Assembly: GCA_020435965.1 (NCBI GenBank)
Contig: JAGQYS010000010.1
Location: 12,687 to 76,686, forward strand
Direction: 5' to 3'
Source: Flavobacteriaceae bacterium
Lineage (GTDB): Bacteria > Bacteroidota > Bacteroidia > Flavobacteriales > Flavobacteriaceae
Length of the DNA: 64,000 bases
Shown: piece by piece, positions 10,035 to 19,874 of the stretch
How positions within the stretch are numbered: position 1 is the first letter of the stretch
How the letters are laid out: each line of letters starts with the position of its first letter
Position numbers and translations under genes: made by a program
Notes under the pieces: model-generated
What the model was told of the DNA's origin: nothing
Databases searched by the model: none
The model's input: only the letters and a program-made list of their open reading frames with translations

Positions 10035-11030
10035 ATGATTAGAGTTGCCTTAAACGGGTTTGGTCGTATTGGGAGAAGAGTCTTTAGACTTCTCCATAAT
10101 AATACTCAAATTGAAGTTGTTGCCATTAACGATCTCGCAGATGCCAAAACGCTGAGTCATTTATTAAAATATGATAGTATACATGGCATTTTTAAGGAAT
10201 CTATAACTCACGATGATAATCACATAATAGTTAATGGCAAAAAAATTCCACTGTCAAACCATTCACATCCAAAAGATACCAATTGGGAAAAATATAATGT
10301 TGATATAGTGGTTGAAGCATCAGGAAAATTCAAGTCACGTTCAGACTTGCAGCATCACATTAATAATGGTGCAAAAAAAGTAATCTTAACAGTGCCTCCA
10401 AACGATGAAGACATACCAACAGTAGTTTTAGGCGTAAATGATAATATATTAAAGAAAGAGGAAACCATTATTTCCAATGCATCATGCACAACCAATAATG
10501 CGGCACCAATGATTGCTGTAATTAATGAGCTTGCAGAAGTGAAACAAGCATATATTACAACTGTACATTCTTATACAACTGACCAGAGTTTACATGACCA
10601 ACCTCACCGTGATTTACGACGTGCTAGAGCCGCAGGACAATCTATTGTTCCAACAACTACAGGAGCTGCAAAAGCATTGACAAAAATTTTTCCTGAGTTA
10701 TCAAATGTAATTGGTGGCTGTGGAATTAGAGTTCCTGTTGCCAACGGCTCACTTACAGATATAACTTTTAATGTAGCAAAAACAGTAAGCGTTTCAGAGA
10801 TTAACAATGCTTTTAAAAAAGCTTCTGAAGGTCGTTATAAACATATTCTAGAATATACTGAAGATCCTATTGTTTCTATTGATATTGTTGGAAATACACA
10901 TTCATGCATATTTGATGCGCAAATGACTTCAGTAATCCGAAATATGGTAAAAATAATAGGTTGGTATGATAATGAAACTGGATATTCAAGCAGAATCATT
11001 GATTTAATCTACAAAGTATCAAGTACATAA
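10035..11030 (+). CDS. gap: Type I glyceraldehyde-3-phosphate dehydrogenase
   Basis: 331 aa; NGFGRIGR NAD-binding start, catalytic SNASCTTN, WYDNETGYS C-terminus. Confidence 0.93.
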   Translation: MIRVALNGFGRIGRRVFRLLHNNTQIEVVAINDLADAKTLSHLLKYDSIHGIFKESITHDDNHIIVNGKKIPLSNHSHPKDTNWEKYNVDIVVEASGKFKSRSDLQHHINNGAKKVILTVPPNDEDIPTVVLGVNDNILKKEETIISNASCTTNNAAPMIAVINELAEVKQAYITTVHSYTTDQSLHDQPHRDLRRARAAGQSIVPTTTGAAKALTKIFPELSNVIGGCGIRVPVANGSLTDITFNVAKTVSVSEINNAFKKASEGRYKHILEYTEDPIVSIDIVGNTHSCIFDAQMTSVIRNMVKIIGWYDNETGYSSRIIDLIYKVSST

Positions 11031-11086
11031 ATCTTAGTTGAAATACATAATTTTTACAAAAAAATGCATTTTATCGAATAAATTGT

Positions 11087-11094
11087 TATATTTG
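11087..11094 (+). promoter_or_regulatory. Bacteroidota-type -7 promoter box (TAtaTTTG)
   Basis: TATATTTG 13 nt upstream of TTG 11108 and 19 nt upstream of ATG 11114. Confidence 0.45.
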
Positions 11095-11107
11095 TCGATA
11101 AAACGAC

Positions 11108-13342
11108 TTGAAAATGTCCCGAATCAAATATTACATATTTGTTTTTTTGGTCTTAATTTGCGCACTAATTTACCCTCAAGATAAAATTGAGGATGATAAA
11201 GAGCTACAGCAAAGCGAAATTGCATTTGGCATACAAACTGCCGAATTAGAAACACAACGCAATAATTTTTACGAAGCCATAAAAAAGCTTGAAACCGTTC
11301 TTGCTTTAACAGAAAAAGTACAAGACAAAAAAAATCAAGGAATCGTTCTGTCAAAAATTGCAAACCTTCAATACGTTGTTGGAGAATATGATGATGCCGA
11401 AATAAGCATTATAAGAGCTATTGAAGTACAGCTAGGAATTGATGATACTGCAAATTTAGCAGTATCGCGTTTTACGTATGGTAAAATTGATTTAGCTCAA
11501 AAAGAATATAAAAAGGCTTTGGATTACTTCAAATCGTCAAAAGCTATTTTTGAAGAACAAGGGCTCAATGAGCTTGCCCTTCAAGCAACATTAAGCGAAG
11601 CCGAAGCCAACATTAAGCTTATTAACTTTGCAGAGGCTAATACGCTTTTAGATAAAGTAATTATTCTTTCAAAAAAGAATGAATTTGACCTCATTCATGC
11701 TTCAGCGTTAAATAAAAGCGGCTATATAGCATTACAGGAAGGAAAATTAGATAAAGCTCTTTCTCAAACTAGTAAAGGATTAGAATTTGCTGAAAATTTA
11801 AAAAACTTAGAACTTCTAAGGGAATCGAATGAAATTCTGAGTAAGGTTTATGAAGCTATAGGAAATGATGGTTTAGCTGTAAAAAGTTTAAGGACTTATA
11901 TAACACTAAATGACTCTATTTTAAAAATTCAAAGAGAAAATTTATCGCCAGAAAGAAGAGCGCAACTAATCATTGCAGATAAAGATGCTGTGATAAAAAA
12001 TCAGGCAGATGAAATTCAAGAAAAAGATGAGGCAAGTAGCTTAACAAGGCTAATTACTATTTTAAGTGTTTCATTAATAACAATTTTGTCGTTGCTTACA
12101 TTGTCCTTATATAAAAACAATAATATTAGGTTAAAAACCAATAATATGTTGTACAAGAAAAATGAAGAATTACTAACTGAAAAAGAACGTGCTGAAATTG
12201 CTGCAAAAACAAAAACCAATTTCCTATCAACTGTTACACATGAACTAAGAACGCCTTTATATGCTGTTACAGGACTAACAAATATGCTACTTGAAGACAA
12301 CCCTAAACCAGATCAAGTACAGCATTTAAAAAGCTTAAAATTTTCAGGTGACTATTTGCTTACCTTCATTAATGACATTCTTCAAATCAATAAAATTGAA
12401 GCCAATAAAGTAGAACTTGACCCAGAAATATTCAATTTAAAAAACAAAGTTGAAAACGTAATTGCGGCATTAAATAACTCAGCATTAGACAACAATATCA
12501 TGATGCATTTTGAGTACGATAAAAAACTTCCAGAAGTTTTTGATGGCGACCAACTAAAAATCTCTCAAATACTCATTAACCTTATAGGCAACTCTATTAA
12601 GTTTACTAAAGATGGTGATATTTGGGTACGAGTGACACAGCTAAATAAAGCTGACAAAATACACACCATACGCTTAGAAGTTGAAGATAATGGTATTGGA
12701 ATAACAAAAGAAAAGCAAGACAATATGTTTGAAAGCTTTTCACAAGGCTCTGTGCAAATTAACCGAAAATATGGAGGAACAGGACTTGGTCTTTCAATTG
12801 TAAAAGGCTTGGTCGACATATTAAAAGGTAAAATTTACATGAAGAGTGAATTAGGTAAAGGCACCTCTTTTTTCATTGAACTCCCTCTTAAAGAGTCTGA
12901 AGAAGTCAAAAAAGTCAAAAAGCATGACTATTCAAAAGATATTAGTAAACTAGATTTAAAAAACGTGAAAATTTTAGTAGTAGAAGACAACAAAATCAAC
13001 CAAATGATTACAAAGAAGATTCTTAACAAAATGAATCTTAATTGTGATTTAATTGACAATGGCGAAGACGCTGTTGAAATGGTTAAAGAAACATCTTATG
13101 ATGTTGTATTGATGGACATCCATATGCCTGGAATAAGTGGTCTTGAAGCCACAAAGCGCATTAGAAGTTTTGATAAAGAACTTACCATTTTTGCCTTAAC
13201 AGCTGTAACGCTTGAGGACAAAATGCAAGAGTTTGATGAAGCTGGTTTTAACGATATCATTTCAAAACCTTTTAAACAAGAAGACTTTGAAAAGAAATTG
13301 TATCTGGCATTAACTAAAAATCAAACTGAAGCTTCAGCTTAA
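11108..13342 (+). CDS. Hybrid sensor histidine kinase/response regulator with TPR-like periplasmic half
   Basis: 744 aa; N-terminal signal/TM, TPR-like repeats, internal TM (LITILSVSLITILSLLTLSLY), H-box THELRTPL, HATPase GGTGLGLSIV, C-terminal receiver (ILVVEDN...VLMDIHMPGISG). ATG 11114 is an equally plausible start. Confidence 0.9.
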   Translation: MKMSRIKYYIFVFLVLICALIYPQDKIEDDKELQQSEIAFGIQTAELETQRNNFYEAIKKLETVLALTEKVQDKKNQGIVLSKIANLQYVVGEYDDAEISIIRAIEVQLGIDDTANLAVSRFTYGKIDLAQKEYKKALDYFKSSKAIFEEQGLNELALQATLSEAEANIKLINFAEANTLLDKVIILSKKNEFDLIHASALNKSGYIALQEGKLDKALSQTSKGLEFAENLKNLELLRESNEILSKVYEAIGNDGLAVKSLRTYITLNDSILKIQRENLSPERRAQLIIADKDAVIKNQADEIQEKDEASSLTRLITILSVSLITILSLLTLSLYKNNNIRLKTNNMLYKKNEELLTEKERAEIAAKTKTNFLSTVTHELRTPLYAVTGLTNMLLEDNPKPDQVQHLKSLKFSGDYLLTFINDILQINKIEANKVELDPEIFNLKNKVENVIAALNNSALDNNIMMHFEYDKKLPEVFDGDQLKISQILINLIGNSIKFTKDGDIWVRVTQLNKADKIHTIRLEVEDNGIGITKEKQDNMFESFSQGSVQINRKYGGTGLGLSIVKGLVDILKGKIYMKSELGKGTSFFIELPLKESEEVKKVKKHDYSKDISKLDLKNVKILVVEDNKINQMITKKILNKMNLNCDLIDNGEDAVEMVKETSYDVVLMDIHMPGISGLEATKRIRSFDKELTIFALTAVTLEDKMQEFDEAGFNDIISKPFKQEDFEKKLYLALTKNQTEASA

Positions 13343-14346
13343 AAGCTTTTAATAAACATTTTTATATTATTGTCAAATGCCTCTGCATTTAATATTTTTG
13401 ACGCTATTGGCAAGTAGAAAACATTATTACCTTTCAAGGCATCTTTTAGTCTAACATAATCCTTTTCGGTAGTTAATACCAATTCCATTTTCTCAAGTTT
13501 ACTTATATCTGAAGCAGTAAAATCATGATGATCTTTATAAGCTTCATGGTTAAAATTAAATCCTTTCTTATTCAAATAATCCACAAGCGGCATCGGATTT
13601 GCAATTCCGGTAACTAAAGTAAATGGTTTGTTTTTCAATTCTTCTAAATCCATTCCTTTTTCTTTGGAAATTATTTCATTTGCATATGAAATTGAACTAA
13701 AAAACAATTGCTGATGCGATTTAATTTTCAGCTCGTCTTTAATTTTTTCCTGTTCTTTAACACTAATGTTTTCAGGACATTTGGTCACTATAATAAGATC
13801 TGCTCGTTTAGCTCCAGATTTTGGTTCGCGTAAGTTTCCTGTTGGCAAAACCATATCATTCACGTACAAATCGTTATAACTTGTTAGTAAAATATTGAGT
13901 CCTGCTTGTACCTTTCTATGCTGAAATGCATCATCTAAAAGTAAAACTTCAGGTGATTTTTCCAATTGTAGAAGTTGCTCAATAGCAAGTTGCCTATCTT
14001 CACCAACACTTACAATGATCTCTGAAAATTTCTGATAAAACTGAAATGGTTCATCGCCAACGGTTTTTGCTGTTGCAGTATCATCAGCCAACAAAAAACC
14101 TTTCGTTTCTCTTCTATAACCACGACTTAAAGTCCCAACATAGTAATCTTCTTTCAGTAGCTGAATTAAATACTCAATCATTGGTGTTTTTCCTGTTCCA
14201 CCAACACTTAAATTCCCCACACAGATAACTGGAAAATTGTAGGACTTCGATTTCAGAATATCGTTATCAAAACAATAATTGCGCAACCAAGTAATACCTT
14301 GATAAACTGGAACAGTTGGAATAAGTATTTTTCTTAATAAATTCAC
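13339..14346 (-). CDS. lpxK: Tetraacyldisaccharide 4'-kinase
   Basis: 335 aa; P-loop GNLSVGGTGKTP. Its stop and the stop of the convergent kinase gene share the palindrome TTAA at 13339-13342. Confidence 0.9.
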   Translation of the reverse strand: MNLLRKILIPTVPVYQGITWLRNYCFDNDILKSKSYNFPVICVGNLSVGGTGKTPMIEYLIQLLKEDYYVGTLSRGYRRETKGFLLADDTATAKTVGDEPFQFYQKFSEIIVSVGEDRQLAIEQLLQLEKSPEVLLLDDAFQHRKVQAGLNILLTSYNDLYVNDMVLPTGNLREPKSGAKRADLIIVTKCPENISVKEQEKIKDELKIKSHQQLFFSSISYANEIISKEKGMDLEELKNKPFTLVTGIANPMPLVDYLNKKGFNFNHEAYKDHHDFTASDISKLEKMELVLTTEKDYVRLKDALKGNNVFYLPIASKILNAEAFDNNIKMFIKSF

Positions 14347-14385
14347 CTTGGCTAAAGTAATTATTTATAAACTAAAGTAAATATT

Positions 14386-14393
14386 TATCTTTG
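14386..14393 (+). promoter_or_regulatory. Bacteroidota-type -7 promoter box (TAtcTTTG)
   Basis: TATCTTTG 17 nt upstream of ATG 14411. Confidence 0.5.
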
Positions 14394-14410
14394 AACATAA
14401 ATAAAATTTT

Positions 14411-15505
14411 ATGATTGTTCAAGACGTAATACATCATTTAGAAGAACTATCGCCTTTGGCTTATGCTGAAGATTTTGATAATGTTGGCCTGCTAGTTGGT
14501 GACAAAAACGCAAAAGTCACAGGAATTTTAGTCACCTTAGACACCATTGAAACCGTTGTTGATGAAGCCATTGAAAACAATTGCAATCTCATTGTAAGCT
14601 TTCATCCAATTATCTTTAAAGGCTTAAAAAAGTTAACAGGAAACAGTTACGTAGAACGTGTTGTGATGAAAGCCATAAAGCATGACATTTCCATTTTCGC
14701 CATTCATACAGCATTGGATAATGCGATTAATGGTGTAAACGATATGATTTGCGAAAAACTTGGACTTAAAAATAGACAGATTCTCATTCCTCAAAATGCA
14801 ACCATAAAAAAACTCACAACCTATGTCCCAAAAGATGAGATAAATAAAGTTCGTGAAGCCTTATTTCAAGCTGGAGCTGGTGCTATAGGAAATTATAACA
14901 ATTGTAGTTTTAATGTAGATGGCATTGGTACGTTTAATGGAAATGAGCAATCCAACCCAACAAAGGGAAAAAAAGGCATTACACAAGAAGAACACGAAGT
15001 AAAACTGTCAGTTATTTTTCCAAAACATGTTGAAAATGCTTTACTACAATCGCTTTTTAAAGCACATTCTTATGAAGAAGTGGCTTATGAAGTTGTTACA
15101 CTTGAAAATAAAAACCAGCACATTGGCATGGGAATGATAGGCGAATTACCTCAAGCAATGGATGAACTCACTTTTTTAAACGATTTGAAAACAAAAATGA
15201 ATACTTCTGCCATTAGACATTCACAATTACTAAAAAAGCCAATAAAAAAAGTTGCCGTTTTAGGAGGTTCCGGAAGCTTTGCCATTTCGGCTGCAAAAGC
15301 AGCAAAAGCCGATGTTTTTATCACTGCTGATCTAAAATACCACGACTTTTTTCAAGCCGAAAATTCCATTTTATTGGCAGATATTGGCCACTATGAAAGC
15401 GAACAATTCACAAAATCGCTTTTAGTAGCTTATCTTACAAAAAAAATTCATAATTTTGCAATCATTTTATCAAACACAAATACAAATCCAGTAAAGTATT
15501 TATAA
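14411..15505 (+). CDS. Nif3-like dinuclear metal centre protein (GTP cyclohydrolase 1 type 2 homologue)
   Basis: 364 aa; AEDFDNVGLLVG N-terminus, inserted PII-like middle domain, C-terminal GHYESE pattern. Confidence 0.85.
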   Translation: MIVQDVIHHLEELSPLAYAEDFDNVGLLVGDKNAKVTGILVTLDTIETVVDEAIENNCNLIVSFHPIIFKGLKKLTGNSYVERVVMKAIKHDISIFAIHTALDNAINGVNDMICEKLGLKNRQILIPQNATIKKLTTYVPKDEINKVREALFQAGAGAIGNYNNCSFNVDGIGTFNGNEQSNPTKGKKGITQEEHEVKLSVIFPKHVENALLQSLFKAHSYEEVAYEVVTLENKNQHIGMGMIGELPQAMDELTFLNDLKTKMNTSAIRHSQLLKKPIKKVAVLGGSGSFAISAAKAAKADVFITADLKYHDFFQAENSILLADIGHYESEQFTKSLLVAYLTKKIHNFAIILSNTNTNPVKYL

Positions 15506-15507
15506 GC

Positions 15508-16287
15508 ATGGCAAAAAAGAAAGAAGTTAGTGTAGAAGAGCGTTTAAGAGCACTATATGATTTACAGTTAATTGACTCTAGAGTTGACGAAATTAGAAAT
15601 GTAAGAGGAGAACTTCCTTTAGAAGTACGTGATTTAGAAGACGAAGTCGAAGGTCTTAGCACAAGACTTCAAAAACTTAACGAAAGTCTTGCTGATATTG
15701 ACGAGCAAATCAAGTCCAAGAAAAACTTAATTGAAGAAGCTAAAGCTTTAATTAAAAAATACTCAGAACAACAAAAGAATGTTCGTAACAATAGAGAGTA
15801 CAACTCTTTAACAAAAGAAACTGAATTTCAGGAACTTGAAATTCAATTGGCTGAAAAGCACATCAAAGAATTTAAAGTTCAAATTGAGCAAAAAAACGAG
15901 ATAATTAACGAAACCAAAGAGCGTTTAAAAGAACGCCAAGACCACTTAAAACATAAAAAAAGTGAGTTAGATGCTATTTTAGCTGAGACTGAAAAAGAAG
16001 AATTAGCTCTTATAGAAAAATCTAAAGATTTTAAAGAATCAATTGAAGAGCGCTTAGTGATTGCTTATGACAGAATCAGACAAAACGTAAAAAATGGATT
16101 AGCAGTTGTAGCTATTGAAAGAGGTGCATCTGGTGGTTCATTCTTTACAATTCCTCCTCAAGTTCAAATGGAGATTGCATCTCGCAAAAAAATCATTACA
16201 GACGAGCATAGTGGTCGTATTTTAGTGGATGAAGAACTTGCCAACGAAGAAAAAGAGAAAATGGAAAAAATGTTTGCTAAATTATAA
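15508..16287 (+). CDS. Coiled-coil protein of the COG1579 type whose C-terminal zinc-ribbon cysteines are all replaced
   Basis: 259 aa; long heptad-rich region, then ...ERGASGGSFFTIPPQ...ITDEHSGRILVDEE where relatives (from memory) carry CxxC...CxxC. Starts 2 nt after the Nif3-like gene, the usual partner of this family. Confidence 0.65.
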   Translation: MAKKKEVSVEERLRALYDLQLIDSRVDEIRNVRGELPLEVRDLEDEVEGLSTRLQKLNESLADIDEQIKSKKNLIEEAKALIKKYSEQQKNVRNNREYNSLTKETEFQELEIQLAEKHIKEFKVQIEQKNEIINETKERLKERQDHLKHKKSELDAILAETEKEELALIEKSKDFKESIEERLVIAYDRIRQNVKNGLAVVAIERGASGGSFFTIPPQVQMEIASRKKIITDEHSGRILVDEELANEEKEKMEKMFAKL

Positions 16288-16307
16288 TTAGCAACACTCA
16301 ACATAGA

Positions 16308-16342
16308 AAAAAGCCTTTAACAATACGTTAAAGGCTTTTTTT
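16308..16342 (+). terminator. Rho-independent terminator
   Basis: aaaagcctttaac / gttaaaggctttt stem with a 5-nt loop, followed by a T run, 20 nt after stop 16287. Confidence 0.8.
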
Positions 16343-16393
16343 ATGTGTAATTATTTTACTTACTTAACGACAGAGTTAAAAAATTAATACTAA

Positions 16394-17074
16394 ATGAAAT
16401 CTTTAATAGTCTCCCTTTCTATTGCATTACTTTTTAGTTGTAACAATAATGCACAGCAAAAAACGGTTTCTAAAAACACTAAATCCAAAATTGAACAAGG
16501 GCTCATGGATGCTGATCCTGTTGAAGTGCCTTTACAAAATGGGAAAGCAAGAGCTTATTTTGCAAGTGGCTGTTTTTGGTGTGTTGAAGCCATTTACGAA
16601 AGTGTAAAAGGTGTTGAAGAATCTATTTCTGGTTATTCTGGAGGTCATACCTTAAACCCAACTTACGAAAGCAGTAATACAGGAAGAACAGGACATGCCG
16701 AAGCTGTTGAGATTATTTATGACCCAAAGGTGGTGAGCTTTGCTACTTTGGTCGATGTGTATTTTGGCTCACAAAATCCAGTACAGGAAAATGGGCAAGG
16801 TCCAGATATTGGCTCGCAATATCGTTCCATTATTTTCTATCAAAATGAAGAACAAAAGCAGATTATTTTGGAGAAAAAAGAAACCTTAGCCAAAAAACTC
16901 AATAAACGTATTGCTGCCGAAGTGATGCCTTTCCAGAAGTTTTGGGTTGCAGAAGATTATCACCAAGACTATGAGCGTTTACATCCTGAAAGCAGCTATA
17001 TACAACGTATATCCATACCAAGACTAAACCGTTTTAAGCAGAAATTTCCACATTTATTGAAAGAGAATCATTAA
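16394..17074 (+). CDS. msrA: Peptide-methionine (S)-S-oxide reductase, lipoprotein-type signal
   Basis: 226 aa; GCFWCVE active site, HDPT-like block (IIYDPKV...), signal ending LLFSC. Confidence 0.92.
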   Translation: MKSLIVSLSIALLFSCNNNAQQKTVSKNTKSKIEQGLMDADPVEVPLQNGKARAYFASGCFWCVEAIYESVKGVEESISGYSGGHTLNPTYESSNTGRTGHAEAVEIIYDPKVVSFATLVDVYFGSQNPVQENGQGPDIGSQYRSIIFYQNEEQKQIILEKKETLAKKLNKRIAAEVMPFQKFWVAEDYHQDYERLHPESSYIQRISIPRLNRFKQKFPHLLKENH

Positions 17075-17225
17075 ATTTATAATTTGACTTTCTTATAAAA
17101 AACAGCTAACTTCGTTTAACGTCTGATATATAACATTGAAACGTTGCATATCATAACATTGGCATGCATTATGAGAATCTCGAAGTTATACTCGCATAAC
17201 CTTTGTAATTAAAACCTTTGATATT

Positions 17226-18293
17226 ATGGAAACAAAAAACATGCTCCTGATTATTTTCTTAATCCCATTAATCTGTTTTGGACAACGAAAAGAATTTAAT
17301 GAAATTCAAGGAAAAAAAGGTATTGAAGAAACTATAAATGCTTATACGGAATTTCTGGAAAAATATCCAGAAAGCAAATTTACAGAAAAGGCTATTGCAG
17401 GTAGACTTAAGGCTTGTAACAAATGGGCAGGATACCAAATCAACTACCATTACAAGAGCTATAAATATACGGTGTCAGGAAAGAATAAATATTTAATCAC
17501 CAAGCATCTTAATTCTATAAAATCGTTTATGGATAAATGCCCTGAAACGGATAGCATAAATTCAATAAAGCAGATGCTAAAAGAAACCATTTGGCAAAAT
17601 ACCACACTTGATAACACCCAAGATGCTTATAAAAATTTTCAAAAATTGTATCCAAATTCAGAATACGAGAACGAACTTTTAAAAAAAATAGAAGAATCGG
17701 CTTATCAAAAAGCATTAACAGCAGACAATGAAAGTGGTTACATAGAATATTTAAAAAACTACCCGAATTCCGATAGAAAGAATACTGTCGACAGTCTCTT
17801 AATAGCATCAAAAAAATTCGCACTTGTAAAAGCTGCACAAAAAGGAAATTTACAAAGAGTACAAGAAATAATTCCAAATTCTGACACTGAAATAAAATCT
17901 CGTGCTCTTATGGAAGCTGTAAGAGGAGCACTTTACACTGTACAAACTTATGAATATGACAAAAATGGAAACATAACTTTTAAAACCAAAAGAAAATTTG
18001 AAGTGCCTCGTGAAACCTATGTGGAAATCATTAAGTTGCTTATTGACAATGGAGCAAGTCCAAAACTCTTCTCATACGAAGAATTTGGAAGTGTAGAAGA
18101 TAGAGCTTCTACTGCGAGAGCTGCAAGTCAAATCAATAAAAAAAATACTGGTATTACCGTAATGAGAACAAAAATTGGAGGCGAAATTAATGAGAACCTT
18201 GTACCTTACCGAAAAAGTGGAAAGTCAGTTTATATAATACTTTCAATTCATAGAGCAAGGGACATAATGGAAATACTTCCTGAACAATTTTAA
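17226..18293 (+). CDS. Secreted hypothetical protein with three Y-x-x-F/Y-L-x-K/N-YP-x-S repeats
   Basis: 355 aa; signal peptide (LLIIFLIPLICFGQ). Repeats AYTEFLEKYPESKF, AYKNFQKLYPNSEY, GYIEYLKNYPNSDR (TPR/BamD-like half-motifs). C-terminal part has a weak ankyrin-like feel (LMEAVRGA...LIDNGASP). Confidence 0.4.
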   Translation: METKNMLLIIFLIPLICFGQRKEFNEIQGKKGIEETINAYTEFLEKYPESKFTEKAIAGRLKACNKWAGYQINYHYKSYKYTVSGKNKYLITKHLNSIKSFMDKCPETDSINSIKQMLKETIWQNTTLDNTQDAYKNFQKLYPNSEYENELLKKIEESAYQKALTADNESGYIEYLKNYPNSDRKNTVDSLLIASKKFALVKAAQKGNLQRVQEIIPNSDTEIKSRALMEAVRGALYTVQTYEYDKNGNITFKTKRKFEVPRETYVEIIKLLIDNGASPKLFSYEEFGSVEDRASTARAASQINKKNTGITVMRTKIGGEINENLVPYRKSGKSVYIILSIHRARDIMEILPEQF

Positions 18294-18640
18294 AAAGAAA
18301 TAACAAATAACGACATGCCAACAATGGCTATAAGTAATTGCTCAGTTGGTCAAGACAAGGAATTTTTCCTAACTTTAATAAAACTCAGTTGCGACGGAAC
18401 AATAATTGCCAAACCAAAACGCAACTACCCATAGCCTAAGACGTTAAACGAACTCCTCAAATTTTCATAGCCTTCAACTCAAAAAATATTTCGTATCATA
18501 CGTATCAATCACTTTAGGTTTTTTATTTTTGAGAAAACCACCATACATTATGAAATGCCCAATAATAACTTTCTAAAATATACTGAAATGATAATTTTGG
18601 GCATTGCATCTGACATTAACAAAACAATACACATTTACAG

Positions 18641-19321
18641 ATGAAAAAACTATTCCTCCTTTCGTTGCTAATTATTTTTTCCGCTTGCAAACAAACCGAA
18701 GACAAAAAAGATATTGAACAAGAATCAAAAAAAGAACTTACCATTGCTGAAAAAATTGCCAATGCTCATGGTTATGAACACTGGAACAACGTCAAAACAT
18801 TTGAATTTAAATTTGGTGGCACTTTAGAAGATTCTACAAGTGGACGTTCTTGGGTTTGGAACCCAAAAACAAGTGATGTTAAAATGACACGAAATGGTGA
18901 AACCACAGAATACAATAGAAACAAGATGGATTCTGTAGCCATAAATGCAGACAGAGCCTTTATTAACGATAAATTTTGGGCTTTAATTCCGTTTCAATTG
19001 GTTTGGGATACTAGTGCAACAATTACTGAATCAACAAAAGAAAAATCACCTGTTTTAGAACAAGATTTAAATAAAATTACAATCACCTACTCAAATGAAG
19101 GAGGCTATACTCCAGGTGATGCTTATGACATTTATTTTGACGATGATTACATTATTAGAGAATGGAGTTACAGACGAGGCAATGCTCCAGAACCATCACT
19201 TTCTAATACTTTTGAAAACTACAGTGATTACAATGGTATAAAAGTAGCACAAGATCATAAATTCGCTGGAAGTGATCGTAATTTACTTGTCAGGAATGTG
19301 AAAGTGACTTTAGAAGAATAA
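18641..19321 (+). CDS. Hypothetical lipoprotein
   Basis: 226 aa; lipobox LLIIFSAC; no recognisable catalytic motif. Confidence 0.4.
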   Translation: MKKLFLLSLLIIFSACKQTEDKKDIEQESKKELTIAEKIANAHGYEHWNNVKTFEFKFGGTLEDSTSGRSWVWNPKTSDVKMTRNGETTEYNRNKMDSVAINADRAFINDKFWALIPFQLVWDTSATITESTKEKSPVLEQDLNKITITYSNEGGYTPGDAYDIYFDDDYIIREWSYRRGNAPEPSLSNTFENYSDYNGIKVAQDHKFAGSDRNLLVRNVKVTLEE

Positions 19322-19337
19322 TTTTACCAACTAACTT

Positions 19338-19757
19338 TTAACCAACAAACCCTTGCTTATTGTGTGTACCATCACAATAAGGTTTATTAGATGAACTACC
19401 ACATCTGCAAAAGGCTGTGGTTTTGGATTTGGTTTCTTCTTTTCCGTCTTTATGCACAACTTTTAAACTACCATGTACCAACAAAGGTCCATTTTCAAGA
19501 ACATCAACTTTAGTTTCAGAACTTGTGGTTTCCTCAGGTGTTTCATTATTCATATAATAACTCAAAGCACCTGAAGGACAAGCCTTAACCTGATTAACTA
19601 AGGCATCAGTTGCTGCAGCATCAATTTTTATCCAAGGTCGTTCTCTAGGTTGAAACACTTGTGGCAAACCTTTGGCACAAATTGCAGAATGAATACATTT
19701 CTCTGCTTCCCAAACCACTGTAACGTCTCCATTTGAATATTCTTTTATTTTTCCCAT
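19338..19757 (-). CDS. Fusion of a divergent 4Fe-4S mono-cluster domain and a CDGSH iron-sulfur domain
   Basis: 139 aa; N-terminal C-x-x-x-x-C...C-P pattern (EKCIHSAICAKG...KACPSGALSY) and C-terminal FCRCGSSSNKPYCDGTHNK (CDGSH signature). Confidence 0.72.
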   Translation of the reverse strand: MGKIKEYSNGDVTVVWEAEKCIHSAICAKGLPQVFQPRERPWIKIDAAATDALVNQVKACPSGALSYYMNNETPEETTSSETKVDVLENGPLLVHGSLKVVHKDGKEETKSKTTAFCRCGSSSNKPYCDGTHNKQGFVG

Positions 19758-19841
19758 ACCTTATTGTTTTTACTAAAGATACAAAAAAATTGAGCAGAAA
19801 TTAAGTATGTTTTTAAGCTTCATTTCTAAACTTATAATTCT

Positions 19842-19849
19842 TATTTTTG
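19842..19849 (+). promoter_or_regulatory. Bacteroidota-type -7 promoter box (TAttTTTG)
   Basis: TATTTTTG 25 nt upstream of the kynU TTG start at 19875. Confidence 0.4.
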
Positions 19850-19874
19850 TTGGAAACCGAAAAAACTACAACTC

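Noticed and set aside
13339-13342. Convergent histidine-kinase and lpxK genes overlap by 4 nt
   Set aside because: This is explained simply by both stop codons (TAA on each strand) sharing the palindrome TTAA. It is a compact-genome curiosity, not a regulatory feature I can support.
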